Source of the DNA: an uncultured virus (IMG/VR IMGVR_UViG_3300003937_000092)
Lineage: Duplodnaviria > Heunggongvirae > Uroviricota > Caudoviricetes
Direction: 5' to 3' (one strand)
Virus record (IMG/VR): IMGVR_UViG_3300003937_000092
Span: 1-64,000 of that record
DNA: 64,000 nt
The notes beneath the pieces are model-generated. The model ran no database searches, was not told the origin of the DNA, and was given only the letters and a program-made list of their open reading frames with translations. Below, piece after piece: positions 19,675 to 28,826 of this stretch; position 1 is the stretch's first letter, and every line of letters starts with the position of its first letter. Position numbers and translations under genes: made by a program.

Positions 19675-20682
19675 TTAAATACCGTTTAAGTTCTCAGTTT
19701 TATAAACTATTGATTCGTGGTCAATAAACCCTAACCCTTTTGGTGTTGGGAATTTATTAATCGGGGTAGCAACACAAAATAGTGGATTTAAAGTTACCGT
19801 GACTGGCTGATATTTTCTTAAAACTATCATCGACTTTCCTCCTCCATTCTTTTTCGTTACCGGTGCAACTAATATTAAATAATCAATATTATTTTCCATA
19901 ATATATACACCGTTACGAGAATAAACTCGGATACCACCTTTTTTCTTACTATTAAGAATCTCAGGATTGATTTTATCACAACTGGTCTCTTCGACAGAGT
20001 TTAAAGAATTTACCGTTTTTATTTGTATCTTATAAACCTTACCATCTTTAGACATAATAGCGTCGACACCAAGTTTAGTATCAATAGGACTACCTTCCGA
20101 TGCCATGTAATTTAATTCATAACCGAACTTCTCCATTTCACTCACAGCGAATATTTCATTTTCAGTTCCCGTTGAGGTGTTCTTTCTATTATTTAAAACA
20201 TAATCATCAAACCTACCTTCCAAATATTTTGTATAGTAATAGTCAGGGTTGGATAACATTTTATTAGATAACTCTAACATAAATGAACCATTACCATCAT
20301 TTAGGTCATTAAGACGTTTACAAATACATTCACCCTCACCAATTAAAATATCACTAATCAATACAGATAAATCACTATAATTAGTATTTAATTTATTTAT
20401 CGGGACCCAATCATTATTATCATCATACACCATTTTAATATTCATAAGACTATCAACTTTCTTATCAGAATAATTAAAGTAGGTTTTTAATACATCAGCA
20501 TCTTTTTTAAACTGTTCAGATTCGGGGTCGAGTACTTTCCTAACATCTTTCAACATTAAGTCTATAGGCTTTTGAAATGTATTACGAGTTCGAGGGGTGT
20601 TTAATTTCTTCTTAAAGTTATCGATACAACTTTGTTTTAAACAATTCTCTTTGAACTGACTATTTGTGATTATTACATCCAT
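19675..20682 (-). CDS. PD-(D/E)xK-like nuclease domain protein (paralog of 7101-8177)
   Basis: GTENEIFA...GSPIDTKLGVDAIMSKDGKVYKIQIK. Confidence 0.6.
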   Translation of the reverse strand: MDVIITNSQFKENCLKQSCIDNFKKKLNTPRTRNTFQKPIDLMLKDVRKVLDPESEQFKKDADVLKTYFNYSDKKVDSLMNIKMVYDDNNDWVPINKLNTNYSDLSVLISDILIGEGECICKRLNDLNDGNGSFMLELSNKMLSNPDYYYTKYLEGRFDDYVLNNRKNTSTGTENEIFAVSEMEKFGYELNYMASEGSPIDTKLGVDAIMSKDGKVYKIQIKTVNSLNSVEETSCDKINPEILNSKKKGGIRVYSRNGVYIMENNIDYLILVAPVTKKNGGGKSMIVLRKYQPVTVTLNPLFCVATPINKFPTPKGLGFIDHESIVYKTENLNGI

Positions 20683-20705
20683 AATTTATAAATAGGTTAA
20701 TTGTT

Positions 20706-21083
20706 TCATAATTTATTTTGATTAATATATTCACTTGTTTTAACACGAGTCAGGGATGAATCAATGGTAATGTCACTATTAATGGTAATTGAAGTAAAAG
20801 GAAAAGGAACATATGACCATAAACTATAAATCTTCTCCTCCATCTTTATAATAGAAGAATGTTCACCACCCATCTCCTTCCAAACGTTGTAGTTAATTAA
20901 AATATCCAAAACGACCATATGACATTGTTCATGACCATCATTACACATCTTACTTAAAAAATCCCAACCATCGGCTCTGTCATAGACTCTAACACTATAC
21001 TCCTCCATAAGACCATTATCCTTATATAAAGAATTTATTAACTTCTCAACAAACATCTTAATGTTATCTTTCTTACTACCCAT
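20706..21083 (-). CDS. Hypothetical protein
   Basis: Resembles neighbour (INSLYKD/IDGLYKD; MEEKI/MEDKL; YVPFP/YLPYP). Confidence 0.65.
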   Translation of the reverse strand: MGSKKDNIKMFVEKLINSLYKDNGLMEEYSVRVYDRADGWDFLSKMCNDGHEQCHMVVLDILINYNVWKEMGGEHSSIIKMEEKIYSLWSYVPFPFTSITINSDITIDSSLTRVKTSEYINQNKL

Positions 21084-21433
21084 TATAAATTTTTTGTTCT
21101 ATCTTCCCATTTCTTTTTACTGAAATTTTCATGACTCTCACTAATGTATCTTATAATATTCACATTGGAGGGATAAGGTAAGTACTTCAGAATACCTTTA
21201 AGTTTATCTTCCATATCTTGAACAGCCAGATAACCCTCACCTGTATTACGATAAACCTTATCATCCATTAAAACATGGAGGTTAACATCAGGATGGAGTC
21301 GTTTAATTTCTTTGTCATCATAATTAACAATCTCAACCTTATAGTCTAATATAAGACCAGGGTAGGTATCCTTATACAATCCATCAATAAACTTATATAC
21401 CATCTCAGGGGTTATTTGATTACTATCCATCAT
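21083..21433 (-). CDS. Hypothetical protein (start likely 21433, not 21502)
   Basis: ATATTTAT motif at 21438-21445 immediately precedes MMDSNQ. Confidence 0.6.
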   Translation of the reverse strand: MMDSNQITPEMVYKFIDGLYKDTYPGLILDYKVEIVNYDDKEIKRLHPDVNLHVLMDDKVYRNTGEGYLAVQDMEDKLKGILKYLPYPSNVNIIRYISESHENFSKKKWEDRTKNL

Positions 21434-21877
21434 ATACATAAATATCCAACTTTCTACAAAATTTTCCAGAAAATTTGTTTTGACATTTGGACCCCTAATC
21501 ATATAAGGGGGTCCCTTTTAGAAACACAGGTAACACTTACTCCCATACATAGAACAAGGGTAATCCTTTCCAATTTTTCCTAAAAAATTTTATAAACATT
21601 TTTACAACAAAAACAGTACACATTTTAATTAGGGGATTGAACCCCCTTTTGGACCCCAAAACACCCCCAGGGGGAGGGGGGATACGGGACCCCTATAGGA
21701 GGGGGGGACCCTATAAGGGGGGGTTCCATAGGTATTTTGACCCTACCCCCTCCGTATGGACATATCACAGTAGACCTCATCTATGGGGGTGGTGTCAGAA
21801 CAAGTTAACATACAAGTATATGGGGGGAAAGTTATTAACAGTCATTGTGTCATGTTCATAACTTTATGGTGTGGGGA

Positions 21878-22146
21878 TTTGGCAGTGTCAGATATTATTC
21901 GTATCTTTGTACTGATGCCCTAAAGTTTAGGGTGTGACATTATAGGGGGACATATTGTCAGTACAATTATTTGGTGGTCTCATTTATTATATGTATCTTT
22001 GTGTTGGTGCCCTTCCCTGAGGGAGGGAGGAGAGTATAAGGCAGGTTGGAGTCTACTCTCTCAGCTTGTTCCACCAACCATTACAAAGATAAGGATAAAA
22101 AAGTTCTTATACAAGTTGTGTATTAAAAAAGATTGTTGTATCTTTG
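21878..22146. promoter_or_regulatory. Cluster of four Bacteroidota-type sigma70 promoters (3 plus, 1 minus)
   Basis: (T)TTG-N20-TATCTTTG at 21878-21909, 21970-22001, 22116-22146 (+) and 22114-22084 (-). Confidence 0.75.
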
Positions 22147-22266
22147 TGTTGGTGCTTTAGAGTGTGGGGGATTTATTATACATACTTCCCACCCTACTAC
22201 CACCCTAAAGGTACCACTTTTTTTGTTAAGAAACAATATAAATAAGGGAATGTTATCTGCACAGAC

Positions 22267-22584
22267 TTAAATGTTATCCGCACCCTTGGTATGTTTGTCC
22301 ACAGTGTCCATCCCTATGTCAATAAACATTCTTCTTATATCGTGGTAGTTGGACTCATCCAATTGGTAGTATCTATTTAGGAATGTCAGTACATGATTCA
22401 AGTCAGCATCCACAATTATATATTGATTTGTAGATAGGGGTTTCTTACTCCATCCCCTCTTGGCAGGTTCAAACCATATTATCCCATCCCCAACCGTTGA
22501 GGTGAATATTACTTTGATACCATTCATATCCTCAGCTACCCTTGGGGTGAAACTACTCTCTATGAATTCTCTGATTTCTTCCAT
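22267..22584 (-). CDS. Hypothetical protein
   Basis: 105-aa ORF with normal composition. Confidence 0.6.
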   Translation of the reverse strand: MEEIREFIESSFTPRVAEDMNGIKVIFTSTVGDGIIWFEPAKRGWSKKPLSTNQYIIVDADLNHVLTFLNRYYQLDESNYHDIRRMFIDIGMDTVDKHTKGADNI

Positions 22585-23388
22585 ACCCTTAAATATATAA
22601 CCCTTCCCTTAGTTGTGAACACCATATGTTAATAACTTTTAATTAAGGGGTACAGTTAATCCCCCATTAAAATTGTTAATAACTTTTTATAAATTACCTC
22701 TGACACACTGTCAGGGGATATTTTGTTAATAACTTTATCCCATTTTATTAGGATTTGTCAGAATGTCAGTTAGACGTTAGGGACAGCACAATCCCTTTCC
22801 CCACTTTCTACCACCATCCTGTAGTAGTGTAAAACAAGAAAATCCTTTATTTCACCGATGAAATCGACAATAAATCCCTGTTTAGGGGTTAATAGAAGGT
22901 ATTAATTTACTAGTTATATATTCTAGCAAATAATAGAGGTTAATTCCCTATAGCGGGGGAGACGTAGTCTTAAGGAATTAAATAAGTAAACCTCAACGTA
23001 TCTGTAGGACTACTTTTTTAAAACCATGACAAAATGACCTCAACGAATAAGGTCTTAAAATGACTTACAAAAGTGGGAGAAAGTGGTAGAAGTATTGTTA
23101 ATTAACCCTATGGGTTATTGTTTATATACTATAGTATTCTTTCTCTTATAGTATAATGTTTTCATATGTGTGTATATACCCTTTAGGGTACTGTAATGAT
23201 ATTGTTTTATTATACCCTACTAAGTTATGAGTATAAGTCTTTAGATGACCTTCTTCAGGGAAATAGGGGAATGGATTTATTTCAGACACTGAAAGTGAAC
23301 GATAGTGAACGTCCCTTTAGGGTGAGGGGGATGGAATTAATTTATTACCTTTATTTCCTTTCTCTATAAAATAACTTATATTGTATGT

Positions 23389-24018
23389 ATGTTTAAATTT
23401 AATTATAAAGTTGGTAGAGCGATACCTAATGTAGAGTGTCAGATAATACTGAAGGATTTGTATAGACAATCTGAGAAGTTCACTATTACTGATGCCTTTG
23501 GTGATGTCTCCCTTTCTGTTTATGAAACCCCTTATGAGGATGTGGAAGACTGTGATGGTAAGAGACTCATGGATTATAGAATTAAAGAGTTAGAGAAGTC
23601 CTTAGGTGTTAAGTTTAATAGAGATAGGTTTATCATTAAGTATACAGGTGACCGTCTCGAAATGGAACCTCATTATGATGGGAGTTATACTACCACCCTT
23701 ATTTATTTAAACAATAACTTTAGAGGTGGCTCTACTAACTTTCCTCTCGCTCGTTTAGAACATGTACCTCAGAAATATAAGCCAGGTCATTACATACATT
23801 ATAACTCTAACCATATCTTGGCTTATCATGGTGGGATGCCAGTTACAGAAGGAACTAAAACTGTTATAGTACTTAGAAGTATGAAGATAACCCCGTGGAC
23901 TATGTTAACCATATTACCGTGGCGTTTATTTAGAGATGTATTCTTCGAAAGATTTATACTTGATTGGGTCGTAAAGAAATTCTTTACGTGTGTTAACTGT
24001 AAAAGAATTAAGAAATAA
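23389..24018 (+). CDS. 2OG-Fe(II) oxygenase, lysyl/prolyl hydroxylase-like
   Basis: FIIKY...MEPHYD...LIYLNNNFRGGSTNF...YHGGMPVTEGTKTVIV (HxD...H). Confidence 0.8.
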   Translation: MFKFNYKVGRAIPNVECQIILKDLYRQSEKFTITDAFGDVSLSVYETPYEDVEDCDGKRLMDYRIKELEKSLGVKFNRDRFIIKYTGDRLEMEPHYDGSYTTTLIYLNNNFRGGSTNFPLARLEHVPQKYKPGHYIHYNSNHILAYHGGMPVTEGTKTVIVLRSMKITPWTMLTILPWRLFRDVFFERFILDWVVKKFFTCVNCKRIKK

Positions 24019-24097
24019 TGATGTTAGTAGGATTAGTAGGTTGCTCTGTAGTCTATATTGGTTATAGTATAAAAGAAAGATTTGAAGGTAGACATAA

Positions 24098-24787
24098 ATG
24101 GTAAGTATGAAAAATAATGTATTGGTACTTGGTGATGGACTCTTGGGTCGTGAATTGATTAATCAGACTAATTGGGATTATGTTTCCCGTAGTAAGGATG
24201 GTTTCGATATTAACCACCTCGATGAGTTTATATTATCTAATTATGATATTGTTATTAACTGTATTTCACATACTGATACTTACGATAAAGATAGAGAACT
24301 TCATTGGAATGTTAACTGTAAGTTTGTGGATAAGTTAATTGATTACTGTAATGAACACTTTATTAAACTTATTCATATTTCTACTGATTATGTTTATTCT
24401 AATTCCATTCCCTTCGCCAGTGAGAATGATGTCCCTGTTCATTGTAATAATTGGTACGGTTATACTAAGTTATTATCTGACGGTCTTATTCAGTTAAGGT
24501 CTGAGGATTATCTTCTTATACGTTGTTCCCATAAACCCACTCCTTTTGTATATGATAACGCTTGGATTGATTATGTCGGTAACTTCGATTATGTGGATAC
24601 TATCGCCACTCTCATTATTGATTGTATTAATAAAGATTTGTCAGGTGTGTATAACGTAGGTACAGACGTTAAGACGATGTTTGACTTAGCTAATGAGACT
24701 AATGTTGTTGAATCCTCTTTTACCCCCTCACACGTCCCTAATAATCTTTCTATGGACCTAACTAAACTTAAGTCCTCACTCCCTTAA
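24098..24787 (+). CDS. rmlD: dTDP-4-dehydrorhamnose reductase-like SDR
   Basis: VLVLGDGLLG, HISTDYVY, YGYTK. Confidence 0.75.
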   Translation: MVSMKNNVLVLGDGLLGRELINQTNWDYVSRSKDGFDINHLDEFILSNYDIVINCISHTDTYDKDRELHWNVNCKFVDKLIDYCNEHFIKLIHISTDYVYSNSIPFASENDVPVHCNNWYGYTKLLSDGLIQLRSEDYLLIRCSHKPTPFVYDNAWIDYVGNFDYVDTIATLIIDCINKDLSGVYNVGTDVKTMFDLANETNVVESSFTPSHVPNNLSMDLTKLKSSLP

Positions 24788-24790
24788 TGT

Positions 24791-25105
24791 ATGACAACAT
24801 TTGCAGTTCCACATGAAGTGATTGATGTATTGTTTGATAAACTTATTTATCCTAAACATCCTGAGCTTACTGATTGGGATATACACGAAGACACTCTTTT
24901 ATTATTTGTAGACACTAACCTAATTGATTTTACGATGAGTGATGTCATTGAGTTTGAAACTTATATAATGTTGGAAGAAGAATATGATTGTTTCACTTCT
25001 GACTATTTCTATGAGATTCTTTCGTCTGATATCATTGATACCGTTAACCGCTCTTTTGATTTAATTGACAATCATTATAAAATTGAGTTAGTTTTATCTT
25101 CTTAA
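24791..25105 (+). CDS. Hypothetical acidic protein
   Basis: ORF in operon. Confidence 0.6.
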   Translation: MTTFAVPHEVIDVLFDKLIYPKHPELTDWDIHEDTLLLFVDTNLIDFTMSDVIEFETYIMLEEEYDCFTSDYFYEILSSDIIDTVNRSFDLIDNHYKIELVLSS

Positions 25106-25146
25106 ACTATTTATAACAATGTAATCTTTCTGTTAGTGGCTCGCAC

Positions 25147-25485
25147 TTATTCCTCCCAGCCCTCTTCATCTAAACTTCTAATATAATTCCACCTTTCGAT
25201 TTCATCATTAATCGAATCCTGTTTAGTGTAGATATATAATTCACCATCATCGACATACCAATCTAATATATTTGAATCATTATCTAACGAATCCTCATTA
25301 AAAAGTTTATCTTCTTTAGGTACCAAACGTATTGTATCATCGTTGTTAACCGTAGGAATATTATCATCACTTTTTATTATCTCTTCAGTATAAGTAATAC
25401 TTCTATCTTGCATTAAAATTCTTACTACGACTAAACATGAAAGTATTATCGATATTATTGCTAAATTTTTTGATATATTTCCCAT
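25147..25485 (-). CDS. Membrane-anchored hypothetical protein
   Basis: N-terminal hydrophobic segment. Confidence 0.6.
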   Translation of the reverse strand: MGNISKNLAIISIILSCLVVVRILMQDRSITYTEEIIKSDDNIPTVNNDDTIRLVPKEDKLFNEDSLDNDSNILDWYVDDGELYIYTKQDSINDEIERWNYIRSLDEEGWEE

Positions 25486-25486
25486 A

Positions 25487-25942
25487 TTACTTACCTAAAT
25501 TATCTTTTTCTGAAATTATTGGATTATCAGTAAACTCTTCTATAATAGATTTAACTTCAGGAATATCTTTCCACACAATCGAATGTTCTGACTCAGGAGA
25601 GTATTCACCCTTAACCATATAAACAACTATGGTGTCAGGTTCTAAAGTTAAGAACCCATGAGCATACTCATCATGTAAGTAAACCGCATTCCCTTCATTT
25701 ACTATTACGTGTTGTGTTTTATGTGTTTCTAAATCATAAGCTATGTCTATAATTGAACCACGAATAACCTTAACGTATTTCTCTTGTGGTGGGTCTGTTT
25801 GATAGTGTAAACCCCTAAAGGTATATCTACCATCATTAATTGAAATGGAACATTGTGTCCATTCCTTTCCCATTATATCTAACTCCATTGGGGTATAACT
25901 CCCTCGATTATCTTTAAATGTCTTATGGTCTCTTATTATCAT
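25487..25942 (-). CDS. rmlC: dTDP-4-dehydrorhamnose 3,5-epimerase
   Basis: FKDNRG, FRGLHYQ, YAHGFLTL, YSPESEHSIVWKD. Confidence 0.85.
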   Translation of the reverse strand: MIIRDHKTFKDNRGSYTPMELDIMGKEWTQCSISINDGRYTFRGLHYQTDPPQEKYVKVIRGSIIDIAYDLETHKTQHVIVNEGNAVYLHDEYAHGFLTLEPDTIVVYMVKGEYSPESEHSIVWKDIPEVKSIIEEFTDNPIISEKDNLGK

Positions 25943-25948
25943 CTTTTA

Positions 25949-27091
25949 TTATTTATTAATTAATATACTTATCTCTCTTGCTAATTCTTTAAACCACTCC
26001 ACACTATGACCTCTTGTTGTTTCAGCTGCCGTACCTATTCGAATACCACTTGTTTCCACAAAACTTCTAGGGTCGTTAGGTATTCCATTCTTATTAACTG
26101 TAATACCGTTTTCTTCTAACATATCAGCGATTACTCTTCCACTATATTTCTTAGTTGATAAATCAATTAAAATTAAATGTGAATCGGTACCATCGGTTAG
26201 AATCGGTATATCATTTTCTCTGAAGATATCACACATATGTTTTGCATTTTCTTTTACTTTAATACAATACTCCTTAAAATCTCTTGTGTTTGCCTCTATG
26301 AAACATTGGGCCTTTGCTGCGATTATATGCATTAATGGTCCTCCCTGAGTACCAGGAAATATTGCTCCATTTATTTTCTTTGTATAGTCTGAATCGTTCC
26401 AAATAATAATACCACCTCTTGGTCCTCTAAGTGTTTTGTGTGTCGTTGAAGTTACTACATCCGCATATTCAATTGGATTGGGGTACTCACCTCCAGCAAT
26501 AAGACCTGAATAGTGAGCCATATCCACCAAAAGTATCGCTCCTACTTCATCAGCAATCTCTCTAAACTTTTTCCAATCGATTATCCTTGAGTAAGCACTC
26601 GCACCTGCAATAACCATTTTAGGTTTAACTTCTAACGCTTTAGTTCGTATATCATCATAGTTTAAATAACCATTATCATCCACACCATATGAATGAGCGT
26701 CGTATACTTTACCTGAAATATTAGGTTTACTTCCATGAGATAAGTGACCACCACTCGCTAAATCCATTCCAAGTATTGTATCACCTGGTTTTAGGAATGC
26801 TTGAAATACCGCAGTATTAGCGTTTGCACCACAATGTGGTTGAACATTAGCAAAGTTACAATTATATAACTTTTTTAATTCTTCTATTGCAAGTGTCTCC
26901 ACCTCATCCATATGGTCACATCCATTGTAATATCTTTTACCAGGATATCCTTCAGCATATTTGTTAGTGAATATTGAACCCGCCAATTTCATTACTGAAT
27001 CAGACGCAAAGTTCTCACTTGCTATTAATTCAATTGTATTAGATTGTCTAAAATTTTCTTTATCGAGTATCTCTTCTATTCTTTTGTCCAT
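25949..27091 (-). CDS. glyA: Serine hydroxymethyltransferase
   Basis: LIASENF, NKYAEGYPGKRYY, GGHLSHG, TTHKTLRGPRGG. Confidence 0.97.
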   Translation of the reverse strand: MDKRIEEILDKENFRQSNTIELIASENFASDSVMKLAGSIFTNKYAEGYPGKRYYNGCDHMDEVETLAIEELKKLYNCNFANVQPHCGANANTAVFQAFLKPGDTILGMDLASGGHLSHGSKPNISGKVYDAHSYGVDDNGYLNYDDIRTKALEVKPKMVIAGASAYSRIIDWKKFREIADEVGAILLVDMAHYSGLIAGGEYPNPIEYADVVTSTTHKTLRGPRGGIIIWNDSDYTKKINGAIFPGTQGGPLMHIIAAKAQCFIEANTRDFKEYCIKVKENAKHMCDIFRENDIPILTDGTDSHLILIDLSTKKYSGRVIADMLEENGITVNKNGIPNDPRSFVETSGIRIGTAAETTRGHSVEWFKELAREISILINK

Positions 27092-27103
27092 TTTTAAGAT
27101 ATC

Positions 27104-27979
27104 TTAATTTTTTCTACGATTATTAGTAGTGTTATTTCTACTTGGATTATTGTTCGTTCTTGTCGGTGTACTTCGATTAATTACAGGACGACTATTATTA
27201 ACTCTTGGTCTTGTATTATTATTAACTCTTGGTCTTGTATTATTATTAATGGTCGGTCTATTATTATTAATGGTAGACCTATTATTATTTGGTCTATTAT
27301 TGTTAATGGTAGGTCGACTGTTATTATTAATATAAATCTTTTCTCTTTTATTATCAACCTTAACACTACGTTTAGTTGATTCTATCATTGAAGATTGTCC
27401 TATTCTGTCTCGTATAGTCATAGTACTACCTCTTCGACCGTTGATATACGACACATTATTTCTACCTCGTCTTCCGTACCAACCATTTTGACCGTAATTG
27501 TTCCACCCGTAATAATTATTCCATCCATTACCATAGTACCCATTATATCCCCATCCGTGGTTATTCCAACCATAGTAGATTCCATATCCCCATCTATCAT
27601 ATCCAAATGGTGACCATCTATGAGGAGAACCCCAAGAATTCCACCCTGTATAACCCCAAGCCCAATCATTCCACATTTGGTCTCTATTCCAATAATAAGA
27701 ATTATATCGGTAATCATACTGTCTCCCTAACAATCGGTTATTCCAATCAAATGATACTGGTTGACTCAAGGCATATCTTGCAAAGTCTAATCTAAAACCT
27801 ATATCTGTTCTTAGTTTATTTCTAAATTGAAATTCATTTAAAGTATCCACCCTTAAATTGTCTCCAACTACATAATAATTTTCGTCATCATATATAGGGT
27901 CATGGTTTAATGTTGATACTGTAAATGTCGCACAACTTGTCGTTAGAAGTACGATTAATAATAGTAATGAATTTTTCAT
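27104..27979 (-). CDS. Lipoprotein with Y/G/W/N-rich and NNxRP low-complexity regions
   Basis: Lipobox LTTSC; 24-bp tandem duplication at 27193-27240. Confidence 0.7.
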   Translation of the reverse strand: MKNSLLLLIVLLTTSCATFTVSTLNHDPIYDDENYYVVGDNLRVDTLNEFQFRNKLRTDIGFRLDFARYALSQPVSFDWNNRLLGRQYDYRYNSYYWNRDQMWNDWAWGYTGWNSWGSPHRWSPFGYDRWGYGIYYGWNNHGWGYNGYYGNGWNNYYGWNNYGQNGWYGRRGRNNVSYINGRRGSTMTIRDRIGQSSMIESTKRSVKVDNKREKIYINNNSRPTINNNRPNNNRSTINNNRPTINNNTRPRVNNNTRPRVNNSRPVINRSTPTRTNNNPSRNNTTNNRRKN

Positions 27980-27991
27980 ATTTTTTATTGT

Positions 27992-28369
27992 TTAAAAGTT
28001 GTAATTATAAATCTTACATTCAGGATTTAAATTACTAAGATTTGGAAACGTTACATCTCCAATTTTATTATTATCAATATGAGATATGTGTAATTCCGTA
28101 AACTTATCACAGAATCTCTCATATGTTTTTTTACCTCCGATACACCAATCACAATTATAGTAGTGAAAAACGGAATGGTCCCTTTTATCAACAATCATTA
28201 ACTCTCTGTTGGGTAAAAAGGGTAGGGCTTGAGCGGTACGATAACCGACTAATAACGTATCACCATAAGTCATACGTTTGAAATGATTTAAATCTTTTTT
28301 ATTGTGCCATAAAAGTTTATCACCTTTACCGATAAAACCAAGATTGTTTACTGCTATAATTGCTTTCAT
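27992..28369 (-). CDS. folA: Dihydrofolate reductase (short)
   Basis: IIAVNNLGFIG..LLW...DLNHFKRMT, GYRT, LPNR, IGG, GDVTFP. Confidence 0.85.
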   Translation of the reverse strand: MKAIIAVNNLGFIGKGDKLLWHNKKDLNHFKRMTYGDTLLVGYRTAQALPFLPNRELMIVDKRDHSVFHYYNCDWCIGGKKTYERFCDKFTELHISHIDNNKIGDVTFPNLSNLNPECKIYNYNF

Positions 28370-28372
28370 AAC

Positions 28373-28657
28373 CTACACATCAACATTCACGCCGAAACAT
28401 CCGTTTTCGGAAATTAAGTTCTCTTTAATTAATTTTATCTTTAGGTTATCCACATCTAATATAAACGCATCATAGTCAGATGTTAAATATTTACTATATA
28501 CTTCGAGTAACTTAAAACGCATTAAAAAGTCACCATCTATATAGTGACCAATAATTTTACTAGCCTCTTCTCGACAATCAGGCCCCACTACTTCGTTGAT
28601 GATTTCGGTGAAGTTAATCTCCTGAATATCCGATAATTTTAATATTAATTCACTCAT
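28373..28657 (-). CDS. Hypothetical protein
   Basis: First gene of folA-glyA-rmlC run; TATATTTG upstream. Confidence 0.6.
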   Translation of the reverse strand: MSELILKLSDIQEINFTEIINEVVGPDCREEASKIIGHYIDGDFLMRFKLLEVYSKYLTSDYDAFILDVDNLKIKLIKENLISENGCFGVNVDV

Positions 28658-28772
28658 ACTACAAATATATAAATTATTATTTAATAATCGAGTTATTAAC
28701 CGTTTTTTATCTTAATATTACAGATAACTGAATGTCAGTTACAACCTCATATCCATAAATATGGTTATAAAA

Positions 28773-28806
28773 GAAAACCCCTCACCATTTCTGATGAGAG
28801 GTCTTA
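28773..28806 (-). terminator. Intrinsic terminator
   Basis: aaaacccctca-ccatttctga-tgagaggt downstream of the GH7-like gene. Confidence 0.55.
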
Positions 28807-28826
28807 ATTTTCATAATCAATTGAAC

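Larger units (their letters stand above)
21450..23380. other. Large mostly non-coding region: putative replication origin / terminus
   Basis: G/C homopolymer runs, GGACCC(C)TA repeats, TGTTAATAA repeats, TGTCA repeats, four orphan promoters; only one credible ORF. Confidence 0.5.

Noticed and set aside
21637..21861. 74-aa Gly/Pro-rich ORF
   Set aside because: By-product of G/C homopolymer runs; TTG start
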